From Hemiscyllium ocellatum (taxonomy: Eukaryota): a DNA stretch of 64,000 nucleotides. A model generated the notes under the pieces. It was given only the letters and a program-made list of their open reading frames with translations. It did no database searches and was not told the origin of the DNA. The stretch lies in the NCBI RefSeq assembly GCF_020745735.1, contig NC_083402.1, forward strand, positions 25,372,004-25,436,003. The letters are read 5' to 3'. The position numbers were made by a program, and so were the translations under genes. Positions 1-11,457 of the stretch are shown here, in pieces (position 1 is the stretch's first letter; each line of letters begins with the position of its first letter).

Positions 1-132
1 GAAAGGGTTTAGAGGGATATGGGCCAAGTGCTGACAAATGGGAAGAGATTGGGTTAGGGTATCTGTTCGGCGTGGACAAGTTCGACCGACGGGTCTGTTT
101 CTGTGCTGTTCATCTCTATGACTCTGTGACTC
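1..132 (+). mobile_element. CR1 (HER1-like) LINE 3' end
   Basis: Typical shark CR1 3' UTR (gagggatatgggcca...gggtctgtttctgtgctg) ending in ctctatgactct repeats; same tail at ~40790-40905. Confidence 0.85.
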
Positions 133-136
133 GAAA

Positions 137-985
137 AAGATCATAGCTGACCTTTTTGTGGATTTAGCTCCACTTACCCACCTGCTCATCATAACCCTCA
201 ATTCCTTTGAGGTTCGAAAATATATCTGTCTTTGCCTTAAAAACATTTAACGAGGTAGTCTAAACTGCTTCACTGGACAGGGAATTCCACAGATTCACAA
301 CCTTTTGGGTGAAGACGTTCCTCCTCCACTCAGTCCAAAATATGTTGCTTCTTATTCTGAAGCTATGCCTCCCTTGTTCTAGTTTCACCCATCAATGGAA
401 ACAGCCTCCCTGCTTCTATCTTGCCTATCCCTTTCATAATTTTAAATGTTTCTCTAAGTTGCACCCCCCCCCCCCCCCCACCACTCTTCTAAATTCCAAT
501 GAATATAGTCCCAGTCTACTCAATCTCTTCTCGTAAGCCAACACTGTCAACTCCAGAATCAACCTGGTGAACCTTCTGTGCACCGCCTGCAGTGCCATGA
601 CATCATTTCTCATGTAAGGAGACCAAAACAGTGCACAGGTATGGCCTCAACAGCACCCTGCACAGCTGCAGGATAACCTCCCTATTGTTGACAGCAAAAT
701 TCTGTAGCAATGAAGGACAATATTCCATTTGTCTTCTTAACTAGCTGCTGCACCTGCAAACCAACGTTTTGTGATTCATGCACAAGGACACCTTGGTCCC
801 TCTGCATAGCAGCATGCTGCAATTTTTCTCCATTTAAATAATCATCCATTTTCCTGTTATTCCTACCAAATGGATGACCTTGCATTTACCAACATTGTAC
901 TCCATTGTGAGACCATTGCTCACTGACTTAACTATCTGTTTCCCTCTGCAGACTTTCAGTGTTCTCTCCACACCTTGCTCCAGCA
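137..985 (-). mobile_element. CR1 LINE fragment (ORF2 C-terminus + 3' UTR)
   Basis: ORF 682..885 YLNGEKLQ..QRDQGVLVHESQNV..QVQQLVKKTNGILSFI matches the CR1 ORF2 region after RT. Confidence 0.85.
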
Positions 986-1189
986 CTTGACAATGAAGTC
1001 CTTCGTGTCACTGGATTAGACCCATATATTTCAAAATAATCTGTGTAAAATATAATAGAAACATTGATGCATATATTTAATTATTTGTTAATGATTCACA
1101 TGTAATTCATTGATGCTTTAATACAGACATTTAATAATTCATTAGAAAACTGATGTTGTACAAGAGGACTAATGTGTTTCTTATATTCA

Positions 1190-2640
1190 GAAAGGGCCAA
1201 GGAATTACAGACGAGACAGCTCAACATCAGTGGTGAGATAAATAACGGAATCCCAACTAATTTAGGGAAGGATATTTAGAAACATATATAAAAAAAGTCA
1301 TCAAGAGAAAGTCTTGCTTGAACAACCTGATTGAATTTTTTTTAGGAAAAGGGAACAACAGCAGTTCAATGGAAGTAATGTATCTAGACTTTCCAAAGAT
1401 CTGGGATTAAGTGCTATATTAATGACTCATGAACAAGGTCGGAGGATTTGGAATTAGGTAACAAGTAGAAGGGATTGCCAGTTGACTTCAAGCCAGAAAG
1501 AGGAAAGCGAGAATAACAAGTAATTGGACAATGTAGCAGAAGGTGTGAAGCAGTGTTCAACAAAAATCATGCTGGCACCACTGCTGTTGACAATTTCCAT
1601 CAATGATATGGACTTCAGAAGAATTAAACACACAATTTCTAAATTTTCAGATGGCACCTATTTGGGGGTATCATCAATACTGAGGAGAACTGCAACAAAG
1701 CACAAGACACCATTAATAAACTTGACAAAATGGACAAATGACAGACAAATACATTTCACCACAGGTAAACGTAGGATAGTGCATTATGGTAGAAGGAATG
1801 GAAGAGTATTTATTGCCAAGTCCAGGAAGGGTGGATGAACATATGGATCGCAGAGTACAAATACACCAATTATTGGAAGTTATTTCTTAAGTCAGTTTGG
1901 CCACTCAAAAAAGCCAAAACATAAGGCCTTCTTTGTAGAGGGATTGAAAATATCATAGAATCTCTACAGTTTGGAACCAGGCCATTTGGCCCAACAAGTC
2001 CAAACCAACCCTCCAAGGAGTAATCCCAACCAGACCCCTACCCTATCACTCTACATTTTCCCTGACTAAAGCACCAAACATACACATCCCCGAATGCTAT
2101 GGGCAATTTACCTAACCTGCACACCTTTGGATTGTGGGAGAAAACCAAAGCATCCAGAGGTAATCCACACACACACACAGGGAAAATGAGCAAATGTCAC
2201 ATACACCGTCACCAGAATTGAACCCAGCTCTCTGGTGCTGTGATGTAGTAGTGCGAAGCACTGCGCCACCATGCTGCAGTATGAAAGTTGGAAGTTAGAG
2301 TAAATGTGCATGAAACCTGTATTAATCCATACTGCTTACAGTTCTTGTTGCCTTGTTGTGTAAAAATATAGAGGTACTGCAGAGGGTGTAGAAAAAATTG
2401 ACAAAGATGACACAAAAAGTGAAGGTACATATCAGGTAGGACTTGACAGACTGGATCTCCATTCTTTTGAAGAAGGAGGGATACCTTAATACAGCAATTT
2501 CAAAATATTAGAAGTTCTGATACAGTGGAAAAGGAGAGAAGGTTTACTCTTGTGAGGAACAGCGTAGCTGGAGGCAGTTGTTATGAGATTGAAATGTAAT
2601 GGAAATTCAGAACAAGCTTCTTTCTCCAGTGCATGGTGAA
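1190..2640 (+). mobile_element. Decayed CR1 LINE RT fragment, interrupted by an HE1 SINE
   Basis: Degenerate NYRPVSLTSVV, KSCLNNLIEFF, YLDF, PLLLTISINDMD..ISKFSDGT motifs; homology resumes after the SINE. Confidence 0.8.
1952..2277 (-). mobile_element. HE1-type V-SINE
   Basis: tRNA-like head (tggtggcgcagtg..cactactacatcacagc), V-domain-like centre, CR1-derived tail. Confidence 0.85.
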
Positions 2641-2744
2641 ACATTAAAATAGGTTTATGGTTATTTTAACAGTGGGGAAGTTGCTCAGTTGTGCATGATA
2701 GAAAGCCTGGGTATAAAAAGAATAAACATCTAAAGCAGACCCAG

Positions 2745-2855
2745 TCGTAGCATCGTAGTGGTAACATCTCTTCCTCTGAGCCAGGAGGCCTGGGTTAGAG
2801 TTTCACCTGCTCCAGAGGCGAGTAATAACGTCTCTGAACATGTTGATTAGAAAAT
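2745..2855 (+). mobile_element. Short (~110 bp) tRNA-derived SINE
   Basis: A/B-box-like head ending in tctctgaacatgttgattagaaaa; homologues at 17175, 17603 and 61590-62382. Confidence 0.7.
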
Positions 2856-2859
2856 TCAC

Positions 2860-3240
2860 AATGAAGCAAATCTGGTTTTCCCTCACCTTTGATGGTTTAC
2901 ATTGCTCATAATAGGCCTTGCATATAAATGCCTAATTGGCTATATAGGTGACTTACTGCTGGTGATTTGTAGTTAAAAACAAAAATAAGTCATGATAATG
3001 TGGTGGTGGAAAAGCCATTTGGATGTGTGTAAGAACACCTCCAGATATGTGTAAAGAAGATGAGAAAACAAATAAAGCAGACTTGATTGCATTGCTCTTA
3101 ATGGACTTGCTATGTAAATATTCAATTGGCTGAACAGGTGATTTACTGCTAATAGTCAGTGGTTTAAAACAAAAAAAAGACAGTGCTTTAGTGATGGGAA
3201 GAAAAAATTTTCAGCTGTGTGTAAGAGCATTTCTGGATAT
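2860..3240 (+). repeat. Two tandem copies of an unclassified ~190 bp unit
   Basis: Shared attggct..gtga(c/t)ttactgct..tgtgtgtaaga(a/g)ca..gatat blocks; also present at 17385-17970. Confidence 0.7.
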
Positions 3241-3279
3241 AATTCTTCTTAAAAGAAATTTTTCAAAAAGCAGAACCCA

Positions 3280-3487
3280 GGGCTAGTTAGTTCAGTTGGC
3301 TGAATTCCGAGCTTGTAAACAGCACAGGCTCAATTCCTACACAGGCTGAGGTTACGATGAAAGACTCCTCTTTTCAACCTCTCCCCTTGCCTGAGGCGTG
3401 GTGAGCCTCAGGTTGAAACACCACCATTGTCTCTCTCAAATTAGAGAGCAGCCCTATGGTCTTGTAAGAGTATCACGGCTTTACCTA
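3280..3487 (+). mobile_element. tRNA-derived SINE with internal hairpins
   Basis: Head ttagttcagttggct..ggctcaattcc; stems cctgagg/cctcagg and ctctct/agagag. Confidence 0.65.
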
Positions 3488-4249
3488 ACCTGGGAGCCAA
3501 TATACATTCTCAATGAATGGTCTACCACGGCCTTTGCAGGTAGAGAATTACAATGATTCACTATGCTATGACTGAAGAAATTCATCCCTATCTCAACTCA
3601 GTGGTTTGCTCTTTATTTAATAAAATGAGAAAAATAAAAATAAAACAGACTCAGCAGATCTGTCTGTCCTGGGCCGGGGATAGTCAATGACTGTCAATGA
3701 CCATGAGGAATGACTGTATTTTGGTGTTCAGCAATGAATGAAGTTCTTTTCTATTCGGGCTTCCTGAGTTATTACAGGAATAAACATAGATTGAAAGAAC
3801 TGGAGTGTAGAGTTAAAGGTCGTTTCTTAGATTGATTTGGAATTGAGTAGTTATTTGTAACAAAGAGATTTACATGTTCGGGTTCATAAGTCATTAAAAC
3901 GACTACTTTGAGTTCATGAAGCCATTAATGAACAAATAATGGAAGACTGGGATGAGTGGCAAATACCACAGAATATAAATTTTGAGATGTTTTATTAATT
4001 ATGTCTAAAACCTTAGTGGGACTACAGTTGATTATTGAGTCCCAATTTGAGGCAGAAGAATGTTGAGCTAACAGGTATGACTATTATACAGCTTTTATAG
4101 GATACTTCTTAGTATGAAGAGCATAAAAAATGGCTAAATGAAACCTTAAGAGACAGGAATAAAGAGGGATGCAATCAAGGCAAATCAGGCAAGATAGAAA
4201 CAAGAGATGAAATTGGAATTCAACGTGGGGAAAAATATAAGACCTTGGA

Positions 4250-4840
4250 GCAAACACAAGCTATTCAGTACATCAAGTTTGCTATGGATTTCAATCAGAT
4301 CATGGCTGATCAGTAATCCTTAAATCTATTTTCATGTTTTTTCCCCATAACACTCGATGCCTTTACTGGTCAATAGTTTATCTGTCTCAGCCTTGAATAT
4401 GCTTAAAGCTTAACCTCAACAGCTCTCTGTGGTAAAGAATTCCACAGATCTACAACCCTCTGAAAGAACAAATGTCTCCTCATCTCTGTCTTAATCAGGC
4501 AGCCCCTTATTCTGAGATTATGCACTCTGGTTCTACCTCTCTATCCTGTCAAGTCCTCTTAGAAACTTGTATGTTTCAATCAGCTCACCCGCATTCTTCT
4601 ATGTTCCAACATGTACAGGCCCAACCTACTCAATCTTTCCATATAAGACAGTCCTTCCATACCTGGGGTCAGTTGAATGAGTCTTCTCGAGACGGCTTCA
4701 ATCCTAGTACATCTTTCCTCAGATGAAGGGTCCAAGTCTGTTCACAGTATTCTGTCTGCTGTCTGGCATGTATCATTTTGCAAAACATCCTTCCTTCTGT
4801 AGTTTGTGCCCTTTGAAATAAAGGACTACATTAAAATTCT
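4250..4840 (-). mobile_element. CR1 LINE 3' fragment
   Basis: Similar to 137-700 (gaattccacagat, atcatggctgatc). Confidence 0.75.
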
Positions 4841-4869
4841 AGATTTTCCACATTGCATTTTCAACTCAA

Positions 4870-4968
4870 TTAGCCTCCAGGGTGAGGTGTGAACCCATAT
4901 CCTTTGACTATAAACCCAGGCCTCTGGATTGCTAATCCAGTGGCATTATCACTATACCATCATCCCCT
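4870..4968 (-). mobile_element. tRNA-derived SINE head (family B, 'ctggactagtaatccagag' type)
   Basis: Reverse complement matches the head of the 60122-60564 copy. Confidence 0.65.
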
Positions 4969-5299
4969 CAAAGACAAGGTAATGTCATTGTATGTCACAG
5001 AGTGAGGGTTAAATTCTTATTTGGTGTAGGTGGTCATTTCCTGTCACTTAAGTAGCAGAAATGTTACTTGCCACTTATCAGCTCAAACCTGGATATTATC
5101 CAAGTCTTGCTGCCTTTGGACACAGACTGTTTCATTACTTGAGAAGTGGTGCTGAATGTTGTGCAATCATCACAGAACATCACTTCTTCTGACCTTAGGA
5201 TGGAGAAAAGGTCATTAATGAAGCAGTTGAAGATTGTTGGGCCTCAGTCATTATTCTGAGGAACTCCAGCAGAGATATTCTGCAGCTGAGATCAAAGGA

Positions 5300-6190
5300 T
5301 TGATGAAATCAGGAAGTACAGAAGAGGCCTATCAATCCATCAAGTCTGTATCACCAAAAAGACTGCTATTTACACTAGCCGCACTTTCCCTTGTGAGACC
5401 CATAGCCTTGATTGCTATGACACAACACACACTCATCCAAATACTTTTTAAATATTGTGAGGTTTCTGTCTCAGCTACCCTCCCAGGCAGTGCAATCCGG
5501 ACCCGCAACATTGTCTGGATAAAGACATTTTTCCACAAATCGCCTCGAAACCTTCTGCCGTTCACTTTAAAATTATTCCCCTTATCATTGATCCTTCAGC
5601 TGGGGGACACAGTGGCTTTGTATTCACCCTGTACACATCCCTTGTAATCACATATTCCTCAATCAGGTACCCTTCTGTGCTCCAAAGAAAACAACCCGAG
5701 CTGTTTTCATAGCTGAGATGCTCCATCCCAGACAATATCTTCGTGAATCTCCTCTGCACACCCTCCAATGCAGTCACATCCTTCCTGTAGCACAGTGACC
5801 AGAGCTGCACACAATACTTCAGCTGTGACCTAACCAAATTTCTGTACCGCTCCAATATGACCTCCTTGCTCTTATAATCTGTGCCATAAGTGACAAAGGT
5901 AAGTGTCCTGTATGCCTTCTTAACTGCACTATTAACCTGCCCTGCCACCTTCAGGGATTTGTGGACAAGAATCCCCAAGATCTGTCTGTGCCTTTGAACT
6001 TCCTAATGCCCTGCGATTTATCAAATTTTCCCCTGTCTTGTCCTTTCTGCTGAAGTGCATCACCTCACACTCTTGAGAGTTAACTCCAATTGCTACTGAT
6101 CTGCCTATCTGACCAATCCATTATATCATCTTGTAGCGCAAAACCTTCCCCCTCACTATTAACCACCAGGTTAATTTACATATCATTGGG
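5300..6190 (-). mobile_element. CR1 LINE ORF2 C-terminal fragment
   Basis: ORF 5562..5978 GILVHKSLKV..YRNLVRSQLKYCVQLWS..LEGVQRRFTK; ORF 5332..5565 RFRGDL. Confidence 0.9.
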
Positions 6191-6219
6191 CTCCAGTCTC
6201 TCAATCTTCCAGCACCACC

Positions 6220-6968
6220 TTGTTTAAAATCACACAACACCAGGTTATAGTCCAACAGGTTTAATTGGAAGCACTAGCTTTCGGAGCGCCGATCCTTCAT
6301 CAGGTGGTTGTGGAGGACACAATTGTCAGACACAGAATTTATAGCAAAAATTTACAGTGTGATGTAACTGACATTATACATTGAATAAAACTTTAATTGT
6401 TTGTTGAGGCTTTCATCTGTTAGAATACTATGATAGTTTCACTTCTTTCATGTGTAAATCACAAAACCCTTTTTTAAAAAGTTGCATTCTCAGGTTAACT
6501 GTAACAACTGGTGTTAGCTAGACAATATGTTGAAGGTGTTGGCCCCCTGTGTTCTCTGTCTGTGCCATAATGTTTAAACTGATTGTAAACTAAAAAGTGA
6601 GGTCACAGAGTATTACGTGAATTCATGCAGTTTTTGAGCAAAGTGCAATGTAACTCTGCAAGTCCAAATTCACCCCACAAACGTATATGTATATGCGTGT
6701 GCGTGTCTGTCTGTCTGGGTTGGGGAGTTGTGAGTGAGTGAGAGAGTGTATTTGTGTGTGTATGTGAGTGTAAAGTGTCTTAAGTCTGTGAGGGGGTACA
6801 TGTGTGAGTGTGGGAGTGTGTGTCTGTAGGAGTGTGTGAGAGTCTACATGCGTGTCTGTGTATATGTGTGTCCATGTGTATGTGTGTGTATAGGAGTGCC
6901 TGTGTGTGTGTGTGTGCAGGAGTGTCTGTGTGTGTGTGTATAGTACAATGGCGGTCACCTCCAAATCA
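6220..6968 (-). mobile_element. Penelope-like element family 2, 3' portion with pseudo-LTR
   Basis: 13-bp TSD ttccagcaccacc at 6207-6219 and 6969-6981; colinear with 55140-55940, which follows a GIY-YIG C-terminus. Confidence 0.85.
6272..6306 (-). ncRNA. Minimal type I hammerhead ribozyme (PLE family 2)
   Basis: Minus strand reads cac-CUGAUGA-A-GGA..UCC-GAAA-GC-UA-gug; helix I cac/gug, palindromic AGCU in place of helix III. Confidence 0.75.
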
Positions 6969-7094
6969 TTCCAGCACCACCCTCTGTCTTTGTTATAAAG
7001 TCAACTTCACAACCAAGCTGCCAAGTTATCCTGGGACTGATCTCCAAGCTGTGACACCAACCAGAGAAGGCAACTAAAACACAATAGCTAGTTA

Positions 7095-7210
7095 CTCACC
7101 ACATTGCTGTTTGTAGGGTCTTGTTGTGTGTAATTGACTTATCTGCTTCCAAAATAACAGTGACTACATTCCAGAAGCATGTACATAAAAAGCTTTGGAA
7201 GATCTTGAAA
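7095..7210 (+). mobile_element. Deu-domain SINE (SacSINE1/AmnSINE-like) 3' fragment
   Basis: cacattgctgtttgtagggtcttgttgtgtg..aacagtgactacattc..aagctttgga. Confidence 0.65.
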
Positions 7211-7794
7211 ATAGAACAGCACTCAGCAGATGCTCAAACTTTTTAAAGCAGGTGAAAATAAATTGAATCTTGCTTATCTGCTTGTTCTTACCTTAAATTC
7301 TTCTTGGGCTATTTTGAGTAACGATTCACACAAATGGTACATAGCTACATCCTCTCATGTTCAGAATTATTTGAAAACACTGGCCATTTCATCAATTTCA
7401 CTGATGACAGCATAGAGAAATGCACTGCCGATGACATACTATTGCAAAAGGACACTGTTCTCCTAGTAGGCAGTGATTTTTCCTTTTTCATTAAATGTTA
7501 TATGAGTGTGAGCTTTTGTTGAGATTGTGGCCAATTTATCAATCCAGCAGATGGCTCCTCATTCCTCATACAATGGGGTATACAGTGAGTACATTGCACA
7601 GTCCAACATCAAAAATCTTATTAAGTAAGAAGAAGTCATTCAATTGCACAATAATATTTGGATGCAGATTATTAAAAGATGCCAATAATGGACTACAGAG
7701 AATGTTTTGATGCTGGTTACACCATTCAGCCTCTACTTTGAATTCTTCTTCATTATGGTATGTGCATTGGCAGGTTTCAAGCCCACTTCATAAA

Positions 7795-8118
7795 GTCATT
7801 AAGTCATAAAGATGTACAGAACGGAAACAGACCCTTTGGTCCAACCCATCCATGTCGACCAGATATTACACCCCAATCTAGTCCCACCTGCCAGCACCTG
7901 TCCCCTATCCCTCGAAACCCTTCCTATTCATATTCCCTTCCAGATGCCTTTTAAATGTTGCAATTGTACTAGCCTCCAGTACTTCCACTGGCAGCTCATT
8001 CCATATATGTACCACCCTCTGCATGAAAATGTTGCCCCTTGGGTCTCTTTTATATCTTTCCCCTCTCACTCTAAACCTATGCCCTCTAGTTCTGGACTCC
8101 CCGACCCCAGGGAAACCT
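7795..8118 (-). mobile_element. CR1 (HER1-like) 3' end
   Basis: Reverse complement of the tail at 40600-40905. Confidence 0.9.
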
Positions 8119-9294
8119 TCAGGTGTTCTTAGTAATGGTGAAATGAACGATCGTCAAGATTAAAAAAAGCAAGAACATGTTTAAGATATTTTAGAAAGCT
8201 GGTGTCATGGGACATTTGAGAATAATTTATTCCTGAAACAGCCAGACATATTTTACTTGGACAACGATATGTGTTTCAGATCACATGTTGTGTGCTTCAC
8301 TGATTTGCTTTCCATTTCACTTTTACCATTGTTATTGCTCTGCGAACTTTCAATGGGGAATTAGGTAAATATGAGAAACTTGCAGGACTTTTTGCAAACG
8401 TTGGGCAATGGTGCATTGGCAGAAATGGTTATGTTGGAAGTGATGGCTGTTCTCTTAAGGATAGCTCTTTTAAAAAGCCAGTTCAGGCTCAATAGCCTAA
8501 TTGCCTACTTTTGTATTCAAGAATCTTGAATCTGCTGTGCTAAAGTTGCTTAAACATCATCTTTTCTAACTCTGAAGTCTCAAAGCAGCATGATGTAGCT
8601 GAATGATGAAGCTGAAATTCTACCTCTCACTACAGTGCAGAAATATGTTATACTAAGGTTATTTTAACACCCTCCAACTGTCTCAGTAGAATTCTTATTT
8701 CGTTCAATAGAGAAATGCTCAATCTCATGATCAAGGAAGTCACATTGAATTCCAGCCTACTCCATGCTTTTGACTGTTCATTTATTTACTCCTTGGTTGC
8801 TACCTAAATGCAAATCCATACATTATGATTCATTCCAAGTTGAACTTTCATCCTCATATCAGTTGCATTAGTGTTTTCCTTACCCACTCTCAGATTAATA
8901 CTCTCTGTCACAATTCAACCCAGTCCCAGATTCTGGTGCAGCAGTCAAACATCCCACTTTTAGAATGGACAATGAGAAACGCATGTCCAACTTTGCATAG
9001 TTTCACTTCAGGAGGTCTTGTGGCACAGTGGTAGCATCCCTAACTCTGGGCAAGAAGCTCCAGTTTAAAGCCGCATCTCAGGAATCGATGACCTTGGAAG
9101 TGTATGACCTGTCCTCAAGCAGGTTATCAATCTGTAAATTCATCCAATATGTCTATGGCAGATGGTAAGAGCAGGAGAGTTTCCTGTTCAGCTTGAACCG
9201 TGTGGTATCTACAAAGCACAGCCTCCCCATTTTACTCTCAAGCACGTTCTTGTCATGAGCAAGGATTCTCTCTCCCTCTCCACCCTTCTCCTCT

Positions 9295-9295
9295 G

Positions 9296-9375
<80 letters not shown>
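9295..9375 (+). repeat. (CT)n(CA)n microsatellite
   Basis: Directly visible. Confidence 0.95.
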
Positions 9376-9380
<5 letters not shown>

Positions 9381-9552
9381 CCATATTCACTTTTCACAGG
9401 TGAAAATCTGAATTGTTAGATGCATATTGTGATGAACCGGATCCTTTAACAAGGTTAGATTGTCCTTTTTTTTCAGAGAGGTTGTAAATGACACAGGTTC
9501 CAATAAGTGTGAGGTTGGATGGATTTTAGAGACAATTTGTTTACAAGGAACA

Positions 9553-10477
9553 CCCACCTCCTTCCGCTTTCCGCAAAGACTGTTCTCTCCGTGACTACCT
9601 GGTCAGGTCCACGACCCCAACAACCCACCCTCCCGTCCTGGCACCTTCACCTGCCACTGCAGGAATTGCAAAACCTGTGTCCACATCTCCTCCCTCACCT
9701 CTATCCAAGGCCCAAAGGAGCCTTCCACATCCTTCAAAGTTTTACCTGCACATCCATTAATTTCATTTATTGTATCCATTGCTCCCGATGCGGTCTCCTC
9801 TACACTGGGGAGACTGGACGCCTTCTTGCAGAGCGTTTCAGGGAACATCTCTGGGACACCCGTACCAATCAACTCCATCGCCCTGTGGCCCAATATTTCA
9901 ACTCCCCTTCCCACTCTGCCAAGGACATGCAGGTCCTGGGCCTCCTCCACCGCCGCTCCCTTACCACCTGATGCCTGGAGGAAAAACGTCTCATCTTCTG
10001 CCTCGGAACACTTCAACCCCAGGGCATCAATGTGAACTTCACCAGTTTCCTCATTTCCCCTTCTCCACCTCACCCCAGCTCCAACCTTCCAGCTCAGCAC
10101 AGTCCCCATGACCTGTCCTACTTGCCTCTCTTCCTTTCCATCTATCCACTCCACCCTCCTCTCTGACCTATCACCTTCATCCCTACCCCCATTCACCCTT
10201 TGTACATTTTGTTGTCTTCCCCCACCCTCCTCTCTGACCAATCAGCTCCATCCCCACCCCCATTGACCTATTGTACTCTAAGCTACTTTCTCCCCATACC
10301 CACACCCCTCTCATTTATCTCTCCACCCTGGAGGCTCCCGGCTCTATTCCTGATGAAGGGCTTTTGCCCGAAACGTCGATTTTCCTGCACCTCTGATGCT
10401 GCCTGAACTGCTGTGCTTTTCCAGCATCACTCTGATCTAAACTCTGGTTTCCAGCATCTGCAGTCCTCGTTTTTACC
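9553..10477 (+). mobile_element. Penelope-like element family 1 (Neptune-like), 5'-truncated: Zn-finger linker, GIY-YIG endonuclease, pseudo-LTR
   Basis: PGTFTCHCRNCKTC linker; IYCIHCSRCGLLYTGETGRLLAERFREH GIY-YIG; TSD tacaa(g/t)gaaca at 9542-9552 and 10478-10488. Confidence 0.92.
10346..10381 (+). ncRNA. Minimal type I hammerhead ribozyme (PLE family 1)
   Basis: uc-CUGAUGA-A-GGGC UUUU GCCC-GAAA-CG-UC-ga; core intact, predicted cleavage after 10377. Confidence 0.8.
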
Positions 10478-11282
10478 TACAATGAACAGATACTGTCTCA
10501 GGCAGAAGGCTTTTGGGTTTTTTTGAGGGAAAAGAAACTTGTATAATGATAAGGGACTGGCCAGTTCTGGTAGTTCAACTATTCTTTGGTTTGGTTTTAA
10601 TGCAACGGTGTGTGCAGAAACGCTGCTGGACCCTCTCTCTATCTGACTTCATTCTTGTAAGAACTTATGTTTCATTGTTCCTTTTGTGCCAAGGAGTGTT
10701 TATAGGGATTGTTATAAGTATTTTGGTACAGCATCATTAAATTGGGATTTCGGATAGGATAAGTTATTTGGTATTCTGTTTTCTGTTCTTTGTGTTTCAT
10801 TCAGTAATCTTATAAATCAGTTCTGTTTTGTTGAACTAGTTAGTTTGACCAGCTGATTCGCTCCTGGAATATCCACTGTACACCTGATTAAAACAAAATG
10901 CAATGTTAGAGTTCGGGCAGTTTTCTTGAAATGTTTTGAGGGGTGTGGCCTGGTCCATAACAACATGCAGACCTGGCTTGAAGCCTATTTGCTGCAAAAA
11001 ACATTGGACTCAAGAAAGGACTGGATTCAAGGAGAGGGAAATGATATGCAAGAGTAGGAGACAAGATGTTATAATGATAGAGTGCAGTCAGTATGACAAA
11101 TTAAAAGGAAATGGGAGGGTAGTGAGAGGAATGCATTGCAATTGGAAACTTAATTGTGAAGGGCTTGTTGATGGCAATGAAAGAAGGAAGGAGCTAAATG
11201 GAAAAACAATGGGAAATCAGTGGTATTGAAATGGAAGATAAATAGATGACAATAGAATAAAGGCAGAACAGATTATAAGCAA

Positions 11283-11457
11283 AGTAAAAACAATGACTGC
11301 AGATGCTGGAAACCAAAGTCTAGATTAGTGTGGTGCTGGAAAATCACAGCAGTTCAGGCTGCATCCGAGGAGCAGTAAAATCATTTTGTAGAGAGAGGAC
11401 GAAAACTTCTTCAAGGCAGGCATCCTTGCAAGAGGATTCGCAGTAGGGTTAAAATCA
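11283..11457 (-). mobile_element. Short PLE-derived insertion (pseudo-LTR tail + ~75 bp extra segment)
   Basis: 11284-11383 matches 10378-10476; near-TSD ata(a/g)gcaa at 11275-11282 and 11458-11465. Confidence 0.8.

Larger units (their letters stand above)
9428..10962 (+). mobile_element. Solo LTR, interrupted by a Penelope insertion
   Basis: TG..CA ends; colinear with 45787-46399 on both sides of the PLE insertion (ttttcagagagg..aaatgacacag; ttcattcagtaatc..ggtcc). Confidence 0.75.

Noticed and set aside
7293-7355. Minus-strand exon-like segment (MYHLCESLLKIAQEEFK|gtaaga)
   Set aside because: Good donor but no convincing acceptor or partner exon, and no recognisable homology
6623-9419. His/Thr- and Cys/Val-rich ORFs (also 55106-55566)
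   Set aside because: Translations of CA/TG repeats
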